NCBI GenBank assembly: GCA_964408385.1
Contig: CAYOZF010000001.1
Location: 47,348 to 102,848, forward strand
Direction of reading: 5' to 3'
DNA length: 55,501 bases
DNA from: an uncultured Candidatus Saccharibacteria bacterium
GTDB taxonomy: Bacteria > Patescibacteriota > Minisyncoccia > Minisyncoccales > GWA2-38-27
Of this stretch, positions 17,211 to 27,894 are shown in pieces (the stretch's first letter is position 1; each line of letters starts with the position of its first letter). Position numbers and translations under genes: made by a program. The notes under the pieces are model-generated. The model was not told the origin of the DNA, made no database searches, and saw only the letters and a list, made by a program, of their open reading frames with translations.

Positions 17211-18650
17211 TTACGAAATACAATCTAAACAGAGATGTTTTTCTGAAACTCCGAGCACTTGGACCAAATTAGCAACATCGTTGTACTTTAAACTATCAAC
17301 TCTTAAGAATTCAACCCTGTTTTTCATTTCAGGATGTTTTTCGACCAAAAGTTCTCCCCTTTTAGTTGTTTTACCGTATGGACAATAAGAAAGAAGCGGA
17401 GGAAAAGAAGCTCTAATGTGGATTTCCGGCTTAATATTATCATAGCCGCTGAAAATTCTTCTAATTTTGGGAATTAGATTAGATTTAACCTGTGTTCCTC
17501 TGACCACTGAATCCTCACAAAGAACTATCTTAATAACCCCGTTCTTTTTTATATCGTCCAATATCCTTTCCAGCCTTTGTTGCTCCAACCATTCCAGAAA
17601 ATATTTTATTCCTCCAGTGGTGATAATCTTGTAATAGGCTTTTTCCATTCTTTCCTGCTGGGTTGGGGCTAAATAGCTTCTAGTAAAAATATATTTTATC
17701 AAACACCTAAACCAGATGGGGGTCCAATCTATTTTTCTACGAATCAAAGCAGCATCAAAAGCGCTTTTATAACCATCGGCATGAAAGTTTCCAGAAGCAG
17801 GAACCGGCATTACTATGTGAGGCAGAAACTCCTTTTTCATATCTGTCGCGGCTAAACAGCCTCCTAATCTTTCCCTGACAAAACTAGCAGGAATGTCATC
17901 AACAACATGGCTAGGATTAGAAGTGTAAACCTGATAAAAGGCGCACCTTTTAACCTCTACCTCTCCGGAAATAGAACACTCCTTTTTAATATCTCCCTGG
18001 CTTAAAAGATATATTTTCCCGGGTTCAACCTCTGAATGAAAATCAAAACCCAGATTATCAAACCCGCCCTGCTCAGAAGAGACTATTAAGCATCTTTTAG
18101 ATCTGCTTTTGCCAAAAGACAGACTCCAGCGACCATCAGGAGAACGAAAAATCCAAAGACCATCTTTAGAGAGAATGAGCAGACAATAAGAGCCTTCAAC
18201 TGTTTCTGCCATCTTTTTAATCCCGTCAACAATGTCAGCACCCTGGAGAATAAGCTTACAAATTACTTCTATATTGTCTGCTCGCCTAAAACCCCTGTTT
18301 TGAGACAAAAACATTTCCACCAAATCATCGCAGTTTCTAATATTGCCGGTAAAACAAAGGCTCACAGTCCCTAATTTGCTCTTCGGCATATGAAAAGGCT
18401 CCAAAGCAGGCCCACAATAGCCAATAGCTTCGGTTCCAAAGAAGTGTTTTATTCTTTCTTTAAAGTTGTCAATAAATAAACCTTCTCTACTGTCTGTTTC
18501 AATATTCCCCCTTTCGTCTAGTATAGAAATTCCACTATTGTCTTCGCCTAAATGAGAGCCGTAAGAAACCCCCCAATATAAGCTGTCTTGAAAAAACTTC
18601 TTTCTTCCTACATCATTAGGATCAATGCTTATACCAAACAAACCAGCCAT
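17211..18650 (-). CDS. Amidophosphoribosyltransferase (PurF)-like protein with a degenerate glutaminase domain
   Basis: Ntn-GATase-like N-terminus MAGLFGI (canonical MCGxxGI). PRPP loop IVLCEDSVVRGTQ. Cys residues sit at the positions of the PurF 4Fe-4S ligands (RCAFYQVY, YCPYG, CLDC). Canonical RBS AAGGAG-AAGATT-ATG. Confidence 0.7.
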   Translation of the reverse strand: MAGLFGISIDPNDVGRKKFFQDSLYWGVSYGSHLGEDNSGISILDERGNIETDSREGLFIDNFKERIKHFFGTEAIGYCGPALEPFHMPKSKLGTVSLCFTGNIRNCDDLVEMFLSQNRGFRRADNIEVICKLILQGADIVDGIKKMAETVEGSYCLLILSKDGLWIFRSPDGRWSLSFGKSRSKRCLIVSSEQGGFDNLGFDFHSEVEPGKIYLLSQGDIKKECSISGEVEVKRCAFYQVYTSNPSHVVDDIPASFVRERLGGCLAATDMKKEFLPHIVMPVPASGNFHADGYKSAFDAALIRRKIDWTPIWFRCLIKYIFTRSYLAPTQQERMEKAYYKIITTGGIKYFLEWLEQQRLERILDDIKKNGVIKIVLCEDSVVRGTQVKSNLIPKIRRIFSGYDNIKPEIHIRASFPPLLSYCPYGKTTKRGELLVEKHPEMKNRVEFLRVDSLKYNDVANLVQVLGVSEKHLCLDCIS

Positions 18651-18752
18651 AATCTTCTCCTTCTTAAATTAGGTTTCGGTTTTTAATGAACAATTTTCAT
18701 ATTTCTTATTACCACACCTTCTTTTTTAAGTAAAGAGATTTTTTTAAATCTT

Positions 18753-20444
18753 TCATTTAAAGTATTTTAATAATTTAGATAAACTAAAGGTATTAATAAT
18801 ATCCTTTTTCTCTGCCCAGCCTCTACGAGCTTGAGCAATCCCGTATTTTATAAACTCCATCTGGTCAATATGATGGGCGTCAGTATTGATTATCATCTTT
18901 ACTCCCAATTCTTTTGCTTTCTTAATGTTTATATCTTTTAAATCCAGTCTGTAAGGAGAAGCATTAATCTCCAAAATAGTTTTAGTGCTCTTAGCAGCTT
19001 TCAATATCTTATCAAAATCAACCTGGTATTCATCCCTGTAATTAAGAACTCTGCCAGTAGGATGGGAAATAACATCGACATTAGGGTTTTTCATCGCCCT
19101 GATTATCCTTTCTGTCATCTCCTCTTTAGCCATCTTCATGCTGGAATGAACTCCGGCAATAACAAAATCCAGTTTTTTAAGAGCTTCGTCTTTAATATCA
19201 ATTGTGCCGTCTTTCAGAATATTAGCTTCACAGCCCTGAAGAATCTTTATCCCCAGATTCAGTTTATCAATCTCTTTTCTCTGCTGGGCTAACTGTTTCT
19301 CGTTTAAACCATGCTCTATTCTTAAAAACTTGGTATGGTCAGTAATACCAATATATTCATAACCTAATTCTTTGGCTTTCAAAGCTATCTGCTTAATTGA
19401 ATTTGTTCCCCCGTCCCAGTCTGAATGGCAATGCAAATCCCCTTTTATATCATTGTATCCAACAAGAACAGGAATTTTGCTCTCTGTCTCTCCCCTGTCT
19501 TCTCTTAATTCAGGAGGAATTAAATCAAGCCCAATTGCTTTGTAAACTTCTTTTTCATTCTTTCCGGCAATCATTTTAGAGCCTTTAAAAACTCCGTATT
19601 CATTAAGCTTTAACTTCTTGGATATGGCTATTTTCCGGGTAGCAATATTATGCTCTTTAGACCCGGTAAAATACTGAAGGGCTGAACCATAGCTTTCGCT
19701 GGAAACAACTCTTAAATCAACATCAAAGCCCTTCTCCATTCTGACAGAAGAACGGGTAGAGCCTTTACTCCAGACCTTAACTATGCCTGGTAGAGAAACA
19801 AAAAAATCCATTACTTTGTCTGGATTTTTGGAAACTGCTAAAATATCAACATCGCCGATTGTCTCTTTCATTCTTCTGACTGAACCAGCAACGCTTATCT
19901 TTTCAATCTCTTTTAATTTCTCTAAGCTTTCTAAAACACTCTCCACAACGGGTGTTATCTCTCCCAAAAGAAATCTTCCTTTGCTTCTTTTTAAAAAAGC
20001 AATGCCCTGAAGAATATTCTTTTCTGTTTTTTCTCCAAATCCCTCCAAACTAGCTATTTTATGGGCTTTAACTGCTTTTTCCAAATCCTTTAGATTTTTA
20101 ATCTTTAACTTCTCATAAAGAACTTTAGCTTTTTTCACTCCCATGCCCTCTACGCTGGTCAATTCCCCCAGATTAATTGGAGTTTTTTTCTTCAATCTTT
20201 CATAGGTCTTAACTCTGCCTGTTTTAAGATATTCTTCTATTTTTAAAGCAATATTCTTGCCTACTCCAGGAATCTTTTCCAATCCTTTTAATCCGCCTCT
20301 GTTGTAAATCTCTTTTACATCCTCTTCCATCCCCTCCAAGCTCATTCCTGCTTTCTCATAAGCATATGGCCTGAAAGCCACATTATCCATTCTGAGATAA
20401 TCAGCTATCTCATAGAATATTTTAGCTAATTCTTGATTCTTCAT
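18753..20444 (-). CDS. polX: Family X DNA polymerase with C-terminal PHP domain (PolX)
   Basis: N-terminal HhH/pol-beta region (ELAKIFYEIADYLRMDNVAFRPYAYEKA, GVGKNIALKI). NTase motif GSVRRMKETIGDVDIL. PHP motif DLHCHSDWDGG. Confidence 0.88.
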   Translation of the reverse strand: MKNQELAKIFYEIADYLRMDNVAFRPYAYEKAGMSLEGMEEDVKEIYNRGGLKGLEKIPGVGKNIALKIEEYLKTGRVKTYERLKKKTPINLGELTSVEGMGVKKAKVLYEKLKIKNLKDLEKAVKAHKIASLEGFGEKTEKNILQGIAFLKRSKGRFLLGEITPVVESVLESLEKLKEIEKISVAGSVRRMKETIGDVDILAVSKNPDKVMDFFVSLPGIVKVWSKGSTRSSVRMEKGFDVDLRVVSSESYGSALQYFTGSKEHNIATRKIAISKKLKLNEYGVFKGSKMIAGKNEKEVYKAIGLDLIPPELREDRGETESKIPVLVGYNDIKGDLHCHSDWDGGTNSIKQIALKAKELGYEYIGITDHTKFLRIEHGLNEKQLAQQRKEIDKLNLGIKILQGCEANILKDGTIDIKDEALKKLDFVIAGVHSSMKMAKEEMTERIIRAMKNPNVDVISHPTGRVLNYRDEYQVDFDKILKAAKSTKTILEINASPYRLDLKDINIKKAKELGVKMIINTDAHHIDQMEFIKYGIAQARRGWAEKKDIINTFSLSKLLKYFK

Positions 20445-20469
20445 ACCGTTAAGGGAACTTTGTTCTTGC

Positions 20470-21099
20470 TTAAGGCTTAAGCCCAGGAGTAACTCCTTGT
20501 TTTGGCACCTTGGGCATAATTTGCTTGCCGATAAATAGAAGTATTATAAAAGCAATAAAGCCTAAAACGCTAATAGCAATAAAAAGAGATAAAAATCCAA
20601 ATTTCTCTGCTATTATTCCCCCTAAAATACCGGATATTCCTGCGCCCAAACCAATTGTAGATTTGTCCAAACTCCAACAGAAAGCTTCTCTTTTTTTCTG
20701 AATATGACGGGTGAAAATAGCGTCCCAAGAAGGAAGAGAAAAAGACATTGCTAAAGCATGAATTGCCTGAAGAATATAAATATGCCAGGGAAGAGTAGCA
20801 AAAATAAAACCAATGGGAATAAGGCTTGCTAGAAAAGTACCTCCAACTAAAGCGTAATAATCATCTTTTTCTCCATGGTTAATATCCAAATAATGAGCAA
20901 TTGGGATTTGAAAAAGAGATTTGCCCAACCAATAAACCCCTACTGCTATACCAGCCACCTTAACATTTCCTCCTTGAATATTGCCAACAATAAAAATGGC
21001 TAGAATCGGACTAACCAATCCCCAGCCAGAATATAAGAACAAGTCAGAAAAAACCATTATTTTTACCACCTTGTTTATACCTTTCTTTATCTTTGCCAT
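20470..21099 (-). CDS. Six-TM membrane protein, MFS-like half-size
   Basis: 209 aa with about 6 hydrophobic helices. Resemblance to one MFS half is weak. Confidence 0.4.
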   Translation of the reverse strand: MAKIKKGINKVVKIMVFSDLFLYSGWGLVSPILAIFIVGNIQGGNVKVAGIAVGVYWLGKSLFQIPIAHYLDINHGEKDDYYALVGGTFLASLIPIGFIFATLPWHIYILQAIHALAMSFSLPSWDAIFTRHIQKKREAFCWSLDKSTIGLGAGISGILGGIIAEKFGFLSLFIAISVLGFIAFIILLFIGKQIMPKVPKQGVTPGLKP

Positions 21100-21165
21100 A
21101 TAATTAATTTTAACAATTCTTTAAATAAAAAACAATCCCAAGAAAATGAGATTGTGTTTTACAAA

Positions 21166-21801
21166 TTAAACCCTGGGCTTCTTATCCTTATGAAACTTTC
21201 TGTCCATCTCTCCAATAATCTCTAAGAGAAGCGGGTCATAGAAGTGCTCTCTAGCCCATAACCACCAGGGGCCCTGAGGAGGCTTTTTATACTTCTGCCA
21301 GTATTCCATAGACTGGAGAAAATCCTCTAATCTGTCCATCTGACGGAAAAATCTTCCTTCTGCAGTAAGGCCTCTTTCATAATCCAGCCAAAGGTTTTTT
21401 ATTTCTTTCTTAATATCATGGGGTAATTTTGATAAAAGTTTTTCCAAAGCTTTTTTCTCCCTTTTGTGCTTTTCTTGGGCTAATCTCTTTCTTTCAGAAT
21501 TGGAAAATCTCGGCCAGGTCTTTAAAAGCTCTGCTCTTTTTTTCTTAGTCCTGGGAAGAATAGAATCGTAGGGAGTAGTATCGCCAGCATAAACCTCGCA
21601 GATATCATGAATCAAGGCTATTTTAAGAACTTTTTCAATATCAAGCTTTTTTCTTTTGCCCAAAACCCAAGCCATTACTGCCGCTCTAAAAGTATGCTCG
21701 GCAATGCTTTCAGGATTCTTAATATCATTTATAACCCAGCCTCGTCTAGGTTTTCTTTTAAGCTTACCTATTTCGTGGAAAAAATTTACGACCTCCTTCA
21801 T
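21166..21801 (-). CDS. HD-domain phosphohydrolase (YfbR/HDDC2-like 5'-nucleotidase family)
   Basis: RGW...ESIAEHTF...LIHDICEVYAGDTTPYD carries the H...HD...D metal motif. Confidence 0.8.
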   Translation of the reverse strand: MKEVVNFFHEIGKLKRKPRRGWVINDIKNPESIAEHTFRAAVMAWVLGKRKKLDIEKVLKIALIHDICEVYAGDTTPYDSILPRTKKKRAELLKTWPRFSNSERKRLAQEKHKREKKALEKLLSKLPHDIKKEIKNLWLDYERGLTAEGRFFRQMDRLEDFLQSMEYWQKYKKPPQGPWWLWAREHFYDPLLLEIIGEMDRKFHKDKKPRV

Positions 21802-21809
21802 AATGAAAA

Positions 21810-21825
21810 CCCCGCCAAGGCGGGG
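21810..21825 (-). terminator. GC-rich hairpin plus T-run after greA, 8 nt before the HD-gene ATG
   Basis: The minus strand reads CCCCGC-CTTG-GCGGGG-TTTTCATT-ATG. Confidence 0.55.
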
Positions 21826-21828
21826 TAA

Positions 21829-22299
21829 TCAATTGTATTTTATTTTCTTAATCTTATAAGTTGTTTTGATAGGAGAAGAAACAGTGACTTCATCTCCAAT
21901 CTTGTGTCCTAATAAAGCATGACCAACCGGAGACTCATCGCTAATCTTGCCTAAAACAGGGTTAGCTTCAAGGGTTCCAACAAGGGTAAATTCCTCTTTC
22001 TGCCCCCCGACCTCTACTGCGATAACAGCTCCTAAATTAACTTTATTCAGATTATTCTTGACAGGTTTCTTAATCAAAGAAAAGTTTTCCAAAATATTCT
22101 CTAGTTCGGCTAGTCTTGTTTCTAGAAAATCCAGATCTTCTTGAAAAGAAAGATATTCAGGATTTAAATCCTCTGATTCCCAGATCTTAGGAGCTTCTCC
22201 TTTAGTTTTAGAAACCCTAAGACTCTTTAAAACTTCGTGTTCTTTCTTTAACTCTTTCAATCCTTCTTTTGTTAAATAGTATTTTTTTTCACTCGCCAT
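21829..22299 (-). CDS. greA: Transcription elongation factor GreA
   Basis: 156 aa with an N-terminal coiled coil (YLTKEGLKELKKEHEVLK) and a C-terminal FKBP-like end (SPVGHALLGHKIGDEVTV). Confidence 0.9.
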   Translation of the reverse strand: MASEKKYYLTKEGLKELKKEHEVLKSLRVSKTKGEAPKIWESEDLNPEYLSFQEDLDFLETRLAELENILENFSLIKKPVKNNLNKVNLGAVIAVEVGGQKEEFTLVGTLEANPVLGKISDESPVGHALLGHKIGDEVTVSSPIKTTYKIKKIKYN

Positions 22300-22325
22300 A
22301 GTCTTTGATTAATTTCTCTCTATCT

Positions 22326-22353
22326 ATTTTAATCCTGCCAAAATGTTTGTCAA
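22326..22353 (-). promoter_or_regulatory. greA promoter, TTGACA-16 nt-TAAAAT
   Basis: The minus strand reads TTGACAaacattttggcaggatTAAAAT, with the -10 box about 26 nt upstream of the ATG at 22299. Confidence 0.5.
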
Positions 22354-22363
22354 GGTTAGCTAT

Positions 22364-22401
22364 AGTCATAATCCCGGATTATATAATCCGGGATTATGAC
22401 T
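22364..22401. repeat. Perfect 38-bp palindrome
   Basis: AGTCATAATCCCGGATTAT|ATAATCCGGGATTATGACT equals its own reverse complement. It lies 10 nt upstream of the greA -35 box. Confidence 0.95.
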
Positions 22402-22425
22402 CCTCATTAATTTTATCAAGTAAAA

Positions 22426-22443
22426 AGCCCCTCTCAAGGGGCT
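22426..22443 (-). terminator. groESL intrinsic terminator
   Basis: The minus strand reads AGCCCCT-TGAG-AGGGGCT followed by TTTTTAC. It starts 3 nt after the groEL stop. Confidence 0.75.
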
Positions 22444-22446
22444 TTC

Positions 22447-24352
<1,906 letters not shown>

Positions 24353-24382
24353 ATATATTATTAGCTATTTTTTAATACTATT

Positions 24383-24410
24383 ATCTTAATCATTTAGAAT
24401 TTTTTGTCAA
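24383..24410 (-). promoter_or_regulatory. Candidate groES promoter, TTGACA-16 nt-TAAGAT. The -35 box lies inside the uvrA 3' end.
   Basis: The minus strand reads TTGACAaaaaattctaaatgatTAAGAT. No CIRCE-like inverted repeat lies in the leader. Confidence 0.4.
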
Positions 24411-27143
24411 GTACTGACCAGTATAACTCTTTTTATTCCTGCTAATATCTAAAGGACTTCCTTCAGCCACAATATAGCCTCCTTTATCCCCTCCTTCAGG
24501 GCCCAGGTCTATAATCCAGTCAGCACATTTAATAAAATCCAGGCAATGCTCTATTGTAACAACAGTATTGCCTTTATCAACTAACTGCCTTAATACTTTA
24601 ATCAGCTTATTAATATCATCCAAGTGAAGCCCAGTAGTTGGCTCATCTAAGATATATAGAGTCCTGCCATATGATTTCCTGGATAACTCTGTAGCCAACT
24701 TTATTCTCTGGGCTTCTCCTCCAGACAAAGAAGGAGCTGGCTGGCCTAACTGAAGATAAGACAAGCCAACCTGATTCAGGGTTTTAAGCTTTTGCTGTAA
24801 ACCAGGCACATCTTTAAAAAACTTCAAAGCTTCTTCAACTGTCATATCTAGAACCTCGGAAATGTTCTTGTTCTTGTATTCGATTTCCAGAGCTTCTTTG
24901 CTGTATCTTGTGCCCTGACACTGCTTGCATTCAGCATAAACATCTGGCAGAAAATACATCTCAATCTTAATCTGGCCCTGGCCTTCACAAGCCTCGCATC
25001 TTCCTCCTTTAACATTAAAGCTGAACAGGCCGGAATTATAGTTCCTAGCCTTAGCTTCCTTAGTATTAGCAAACAACTCCCTGATATAGGAAAAAGCACC
25101 AGTATAAGTTGCTGGGTTGGAACGGGGTGTTCTTCCAATTGGAGACTGGTCAACTAAAACAACTTTATTAAAAGACTCTGTGCCTGAAATATCTTTATGC
25201 TTTCCTGGCTCGTCTTTAGCCCGATAAAACTTCTTAAGCAGATACCTGGCTAAAATATCATTCATTAAAGAGCTCTTGCCTGAACCTGACACTCCTGTTA
25301 TGCAAACAAAACTGCTTAAAGGAATCTTAACATCAATATTTTTAAGATTATTCTCCTGGGCTCCTTTAATATTTAAAAACTTTTCCTCATCAGGCTTTAA
25401 GGATTTCTTGTTTTCTATCTTTCTCTTCCCAGACAAGTATTCCCCGGTTAAGGTCTTGGATTTAAGTATCTCCTTGGAAGTGCCCTGGAATATAATCTTT
25501 CCTCCGTATTTCCCAGCTCCTGGACCAACATCAATCAGCCAGTCACAAGCCCTTATTATCTGGGACTCATGCTCAACAACTACAACTGTATTGCCGAAAT
25601 CTCTTAACTTCTTAAGAGTAGCGATTAATCTCTGCTGGTCTTTGGGATGAAGCCCTATTGAGGGCTCGTCAAGAACATAAAGCACGCCAGTAAGCTTTGA
25701 GCCTATCTGAATAGCCAGCTTTATTCTTTGCTCTTCTCCTCCAGCCAAGCTAATGCTTTTTCTATCCAGAGTAAGATAATCAAGGCCAACATCAATCAAA
25801 AGTTCACAGCGGTTGAGAATCTCCTTAACTATAGGCTTGGAAACCTTGGATTCTGAAAAGCTTTCAAAGAACTTCTTTAGCTTGGCTATACTCATTTCTG
25901 TAATCTGGTCAATAGAATAGTTGTTCACTTTAACTGCTAAGGCTGCTGGTTTCAATCTCTTGCCTAGACATTTAGGACATTTCTTTACTACCATATACTG
26001 CTCTATTTCCTGACGCAGCCAATCAGAATCTGTTTCTTTATACTTTCTTTCAAGATTATGAACCACTCCTTCAAACTTGCCATTGCCAAAGAGAATAACA
26101 TCTAAAGATTTTTTCGATAAATTCTTGACTGGTTCATCTAAAGGAAAATTGTATCTGTCTGCCAAATCAGAAAGCTGCTGCCAAAGATGACTTCTCTGCT
26201 TGCCTATCTTGTTTAGAGACCTCATCCAGGGAATAATAGCCCCTTCAGCAATTGTCAGATTAGAATTAGGCATAACAAGCTTGGGGTCAACTTCTAATTT
26301 TTCTCCTAAACCAGTACAAGCCGGGCAAGCGCCGTAAGGACTGTTAAAAGAGAATAATCTCGGCTCTAGTTCAGACAAAGATATTCCGCATTTCTCACAG
26401 GCAAAATGAGTGCTAAAAACAAAATCCTTGTCTTTCTGACTGACTATTGCTGTACCCTTGCCTATTCTTAAAGCTATTTCCAGGGAATCTTTTAACCTTG
26501 TTTTATTATCCGCTAAAAGAGCATCAATAACTATTTCAATATTATGGGTTTTGCTTTTATCCAAATCTATGCCTACTGCTTCTTCAAGAGTATAAATTAT
26601 TTTATCAATTCTTACCCTTACATAGCCACCTCTTCTAATTTCTTCTAAAATACCTTTATGTTCTCCTCTTTGGGAGGAAATTACTGGAGCCAAAACAATT
26701 ATTTCTGACTTAAGAGCTGAAACTTGCTTAGTTATCTGGTTAACTGTTTGGGAAGAAACAGACTTTCCACAATTAGGACAATGAGGTTTTCCAACCCGGC
26801 TAAATAAAAGACGGAGAAAATCATAAATCTCCGTCATTGTGCCCACAGTAGAACGAGGGTTGTTAGAAACTTTTCTCTGGTCAATAGAAATAGCCGGGCT
26901 TATACCTTCAATCTTATCAACATCAGGCTTGTCCATAACACCAAGAAACTGCCTGGCATAGGCTGACAAGCTTTCAATATATCTTCTCTGGCCTTCAGCA
27001 TAGAGAGTATCAAAAGCTAGAGACGATTTACCAGAACCAGAAATACCAGTAATAACTACCAGTTTATTTCTAGGGATATTAACGCTTATATTCTTAAGAT
27101 TATGAATTCTGGCTTTATGAATTTTAATAAAATCATCCTTCAT
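24390..27143 (-). CDS. uvrA: Excinuclease ABC subunit A
   Basis: Two ABC modules (GISGSGKSSLAFDT and GVSGSGKSSL; LSGGEEQR and LSGGEAQR) plus zinc modules. The ATG at 27143 is preferred; the track start at 27167 is a TTG. Confidence 0.97.
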   Translation of the reverse strand: MKDDFIKIHKARIHNLKNISVNIPRNKLVVITGISGSGKSSLAFDTLYAEGQRRYIESLSAYARQFLGVMDKPDVDKIEGISPAISIDQRKVSNNPRSTVGTMTEIYDFLRLLFSRVGKPHCPNCGKSVSSQTVNQITKQVSALKSEIIVLAPVISSQRGEHKGILEEIRRGGYVRVRIDKIIYTLEEAVGIDLDKSKTHNIEIVIDALLADNKTRLKDSLEIALRIGKGTAIVSQKDKDFVFSTHFACEKCGISLSELEPRLFSFNSPYGACPACTGLGEKLEVDPKLVMPNSNLTIAEGAIIPWMRSLNKIGKQRSHLWQQLSDLADRYNFPLDEPVKNLSKKSLDVILFGNGKFEGVVHNLERKYKETDSDWLRQEIEQYMVVKKCPKCLGKRLKPAALAVKVNNYSIDQITEMSIAKLKKFFESFSESKVSKPIVKEILNRCELLIDVGLDYLTLDRKSISLAGGEEQRIKLAIQIGSKLTGVLYVLDEPSIGLHPKDQQRLIATLKKLRDFGNTVVVVEHESQIIRACDWLIDVGPGAGKYGGKIIFQGTSKEILKSKTLTGEYLSGKRKIENKKSLKPDEEKFLNIKGAQENNLKNIDVKIPLSSFVCITGVSGSGKSSLMNDILARYLLKKFYRAKDEPGKHKDISGTESFNKVVLVDQSPIGRTPRSNPATYTGAFSYIRELFANTKEAKARNYNSGLFSFNVKGGRCEACEGQGQIKIEMYFLPDVYAECKQCQGTRYSKEALEIEYKNKNISEVLDMTVEEALKFFKDVPGLQQKLKTLNQVGLSYLQLGQPAPSLSGGEAQRIKLATELSRKSYGRTLYILDEPTTGLHLDDINKLIKVLRQLVDKGNTVVTIEHCLDFIKCADWIIDLGPEGGDKGGYIVAEGSPLDISRNKKSYTGQYLTKNSK

Positions 27144-27273
27144 AATAAGTAATTCATTATACACCAAATAAAAAAACTTTTCAACACAAGAATATTGACC
27201 TTTGCTTTAAAATCTGATAGCATGATATTAAAGACAAGCTTTGGAAATAATAAAATAAATTTTATTATTATAA

Positions 27274-27633
27274 ATGTATATGGGGAAACTAGTCCTTCAT
27301 ATTATCTCTGCAGCCTTAGGGCTTTTCTTAGCTGCCCAGTTTGTTCCAGGAGTAGAATTCTACGGCAGCTACTTTATGTTAATAATAATGGGCGCAGTCT
27401 TGGGATTAATAAACTTCTTTATCAAGCCAATGCTAAAAGCAATATCTGTGCCTATAATGATATTGACTTTAGGCCTTTCCACCTTGATAATTAATATGGC
27501 TATAGTCTGGCTGATAGATATTATTTTCCCAGCAGAAATAGAAATTCACGGAGTTGTCCCTCTTTTCTTTACCACTCTCATTATCTGGGTATTAAGTTTT
27601 CTTTTAGGAATACATAACTATAGAAATACATAA
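27274..27633 (+). CDS. Four-TM membrane protein, phage-holin-4/DUF360 (YvlD-like) family
   Basis: The pattern GKLVLHIISAALGLFLAAQFVPGVEF...GLINFFIKPMLKAISVPIMILTLGL is typical of PF04020-type proteins. Confidence 0.6.
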   Translation: MYMGKLVLHIISAALGLFLAAQFVPGVEFYGSYFMLIIMGAVLGLINFFIKPMLKAISVPIMILTLGLSTLIINMAIVWLIDIIFPAEIEIHGVVPLFFTTLIIWVLSFLLGIHNYRNT

Positions 27634-27672
27634 ATGTATTCCAGGAAATTATAGATAATTAGAAAAAATAAT

Positions 27673-27894
27673 ATGCAAAACATCCTAACAATTGCCCAAG
27701 CAGCAACTGCCATCGTTTTAATTATTCTTATCCTGCTCCAACAAAGAGGAACTGCTTTAGGTTCTTCTTTCGGAGGAGGAGAGGGCGGAGGTTTTTATTC
27801 CACCCGAAGAGGAATCCAGAAAAAGATATACTGGGCAAGTATAGTTTTTGGAGCTTTATTTGTTATCTTAGCTTTATTAAACCTCGTTATCTAA
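27673..27894 (+). CDS. secG: Preprotein translocase subunit SecG
   Basis: 73 aa, two TM helices flanking a Gly-rich loop (LLQQRGTALGSSFGGGEGGG). Confidence 0.8.
   Translation: MQNILTIAQAATAIVLIILILLQQRGTALGSSFGGGEGGGFYSTRRGIQKKIYWASIVFGALFVILALLNLVI

Noticed and set aside
24353-24389. Looked for a CIRCE/HrcA operator (TTAGCACTC-N9-GAGTGCTAA) upstream of groES
   Set aside because: No matching inverted repeat lies in the 37-nt spacer or the adjacent uvrA 3' end. Only a promoter-like TTGACA-16-TAAGAT is seen.
27195-27494. 99-aa plus-strand ORF upstream of and overlapping the DUF360-like gene
   Set aside because: It is out of frame with the well-formed four-TM protein (27274-27633) and has no membrane or domain pattern. 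Its 5' part covers the uvrA/DUF360 divergent promoter region.
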